Origin: Isosphaeraceae bacterium
Lineage (GTDB): Bacteria > Planctomycetota > Planctomycetia > Isosphaerales > Isosphaeraceae
Direction: 5' to 3'
DNA length: 64,000 nucleotides
NCBI GenBank assembly: GCA_965201075.1
Contig: CBDAVP010000005.1
Span: 124,001-188,000, forward strand
In this document: piece by piece, positions 62,167 to 64,000 of the stretch
Position numbering within the stretch: position 1 is the first letter of the stretch
How the letters are laid out: every line of letters starts with the position of its first letter
Program-made: the position numbers and the translations under genes
The notes under the pieces: generated by a model
What the model was told of the DNA's origin: nothing
What the model saw: only the letters and a program-made list of their open reading frames with translations
The model's database searches: none

Positions 62167-64000
62167 ATGCCCGAGATTCGCAAGCTGCTGGTGGCCAATC
62201 GGGGAGAGATCGCCATCCGGGTCTTCCGCTCGGCTCACGAGCTGGGCATCCGCACCGTGGCGATCTACTCTCACGAAGATCGCTTCGCGATGCACCGGAC
62301 CAAGGCCGACGAGGCCTACCAGGTCGGCAAGGCGGGGGAGCCGATCCGCAGTTATTTGAACATTGAGGCGATCATTGCCCTGGCGCTGGAGAAGGGGATC
62401 GACGCGGTCCACCCGGGGTATGGGTTCCTGTCCGAGAACGCCACGTTCGCCCGCGCCTGTCGAGACGCCGGCATCATCTTCGTCGGGCCGTCTCCGGAGA
62501 TCCTCGACCGGCTGGGCGACAAGGTGGCCGCCCGCAAGCTCGCTCAGGAAGTGGGCGTGCCGGTGCTGGGCGGAAGCTCCGAGCCGATCGAGCCGGGCGA
62601 AACGGCCCAGAAGCTCGCCGAGTCGCTGGGTTATCCGGTGATCGTCAAGGCGTCGATGGGCGGTGGCGGTCGCGGGATGCGGGTCGTGGAAGCGGCCGAG
62701 GGACTGGATCAGGCGCTCGATCAGGCCCGTCGCGAGGCCCAAACGGCGTTTGGCTGCGCCGATGTCTTCCTCGAAAAGTTCATCGGCCGGGCCAAGCATA
62801 TCGAGGTGCAGTTGCTGGGCGACCAGCACGGCCACCTCGTTCACCTGTACGAACGCGATTGCTCGGTCCAGCGACGGCACCAGAAGGTTGTTGAGATCGC
62901 CCCGGCTCCCTACCTGGATCCAAAGGTTCGCCAGGGCTTGTGCGATGCGGCCATCCAGATCGGTCGCGGTGTTGGTTACTCCAACGCCGGCACCGTTGAG
63001 TTCCTTGTCGATGTCGACGCGAACCAATTCTTTTTCATCGAGGTCAACCCCCGCATCCAGGTGGAACACACCGTCACCGAGGTGGTCACCGGCATCGACC
63101 TGGTCAAGAGCCAGATCCTGGTGGCTCAAGGGGTTGCACTGGACGACCCGCGGATTGGCATCACCGACCAGTCGGACATCAAAACCAACGGGTTCGCCTT
63201 CCAGTGCCGGGTCACGACCGAGGACCCCGAGAACAAGTTCACGCCCGACTATGGCCGCATCACCCACTACCGGTCGGCCGGCGGCATGGGCCTGCGGCTC
63301 GACGGCGGCACGGCGATCACCGGGGCGATCGTCACGCCGTTCTATGACTCGTTGCTGGTCAAGGTTTCGGCCTCGGGGCACCGCTTCGAGGAGGCCGCCC
63401 TGCGGATGGAGCGGGCCCTCCAGGAATTCCGCATCCGGGGCGTGAAGACCAACATCCCGTTCCTGCTCAACGTCATCGAGCATCCCGATTTCCTCGCCGG
63501 CCGCTGCACGACCCGCTTCATCGACCAGACGCCCGAACTGTTCGACCTGCCCGTGAGACAGGACCGGGCCACGAAGCTGTTGACCTTCGCCGCCGAGGTC
63601 GTCGTCAACGGTTTCCCCGGGGTCAAGCGTCCCAAGGGGTATGTCGCCCCGCCCGAGCCCGAGCCCCCCGCCTTTGATCGCACCCAGAAGCCGCCCGACG
63701 GAACTCGCCAGAAACTCCTAAGCCTGGGGGCCGACGGATTCTCGAAGTGGGTCCGCGAGCAACAGCCTCTCCTGCTGACCGACACAACCTTCCGAGACGC
63801 CCACCAGTCGCTACTGGCCACCCGCCTGCGCACCCGAGACATGCTCCGCGTGGCCGAGGCGTACGCGCGGATGGTCCCCCAACTGTTCTCGATCGAAATG
63901 TGGGGCGGCGCGACGTTCGACACGGCGATGCGGTTCCTCAAGGAAGACCCCTGGGAACGCCTGACCGAGCTGCGCGAGAAAATCCCCAACATCCTGTTCC
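62167..64000 (+). CDS. pyc: Pyruvate carboxylase (3' truncated by window)
   Basis: MPEIRKLLVANRGEIAIR, HPGYGFLSEN, ERDCSVQRRHQK, EVNPRIQVEH, then carboxyltransferase DTTFRDAHQSLLATR, WGGATFD. Confidence 0.97.
   Translation, partial: MPEIRKLLVANRGEIAIRVFRSAHELGIRTVAIYSHEDRFAMHRTKADEAYQVGKAGEPIRSYLNIEAIIALALEKGIDAVHPGYGFLSENATFARACRDAGIIFVGPSPEILDRLGDKVAARKLAQEVGVPVLGGSSEPIEPGETAQKLAESLGYPVIVKASMGGGGRGMRVVEAAEGLDQALDQARREAQTAFGCADVFLEKFIGRAKHIEVQLLGDQHGHLVHLYERDCSVQRRHQKVVEIAPAPYLDPKVRQGLCDAAIQIGRGVGYSNAGTVEFLVDVDANQFFFIEVNPRIQVEHTVTEVVTGIDLVKSQILVAQGVALDDPRIGITDQSDIKTNGFAFQCRVTTEDPENKFTPDYGRITHYRSAGGMGLRLDGGTAITGAIVTPFYDSLLVKVSASGHRFEEAALRMERALQEFRIRGVKTNIPFLLNVIEHPDFLAGRCTTRFIDQTPELFDLPVRQDRATKLLTFAAEVVVNGFPGVKRPKGYVAPPEPEPPAFDRTQKPPDGTRQKLLSLGADGFSKWVREQQPLLLTDTTFRDAHQSLLATRLRTRDMLRVAEAYARMVPQLFSIEMWGGATFDTAMRFLKEDPWERLTELREKIPNILF

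Overview
High-GC window from a planctomycete, probably Isosphaeraceae-like. This is inferred from DUF1501/PSD1-cytochrome c, DUF1559 prepilin, CRTAC1/ASPIC, Uma2 and 'LEGRRLLA' extracellular proteins. Contents in order: the 3' end of rho; a Zn-ribbon PrsW protease; an RCK-gated channel beside a KimA/KUP-like transporter; a PSD1-DUF1501 pair; several secreted hydrolases; a frameshifted IS5 cutting a cheB remnant; thrC; cysK-mec-ndk-ligA; a MoxR-DUF58-transglutaminase operon; a ~19 kb polysaccharide/exosortase locus; selB and selA; and the start of pyruvate carboxylase. The most unusual element is non-coding, at about 23620-23920: a chain of 6-7 GC-rich hairpins whose loops nearly all carry (A)WUCCCCCCC. 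It ends in a long stem plus a U-tract and lies downstream of two uncharacterised ORFs and another long hairpin, so it is a candidate C-rich multi-loop regulatory RNA. All calls come from reading the sequence and recalled motifs; no searches were run.
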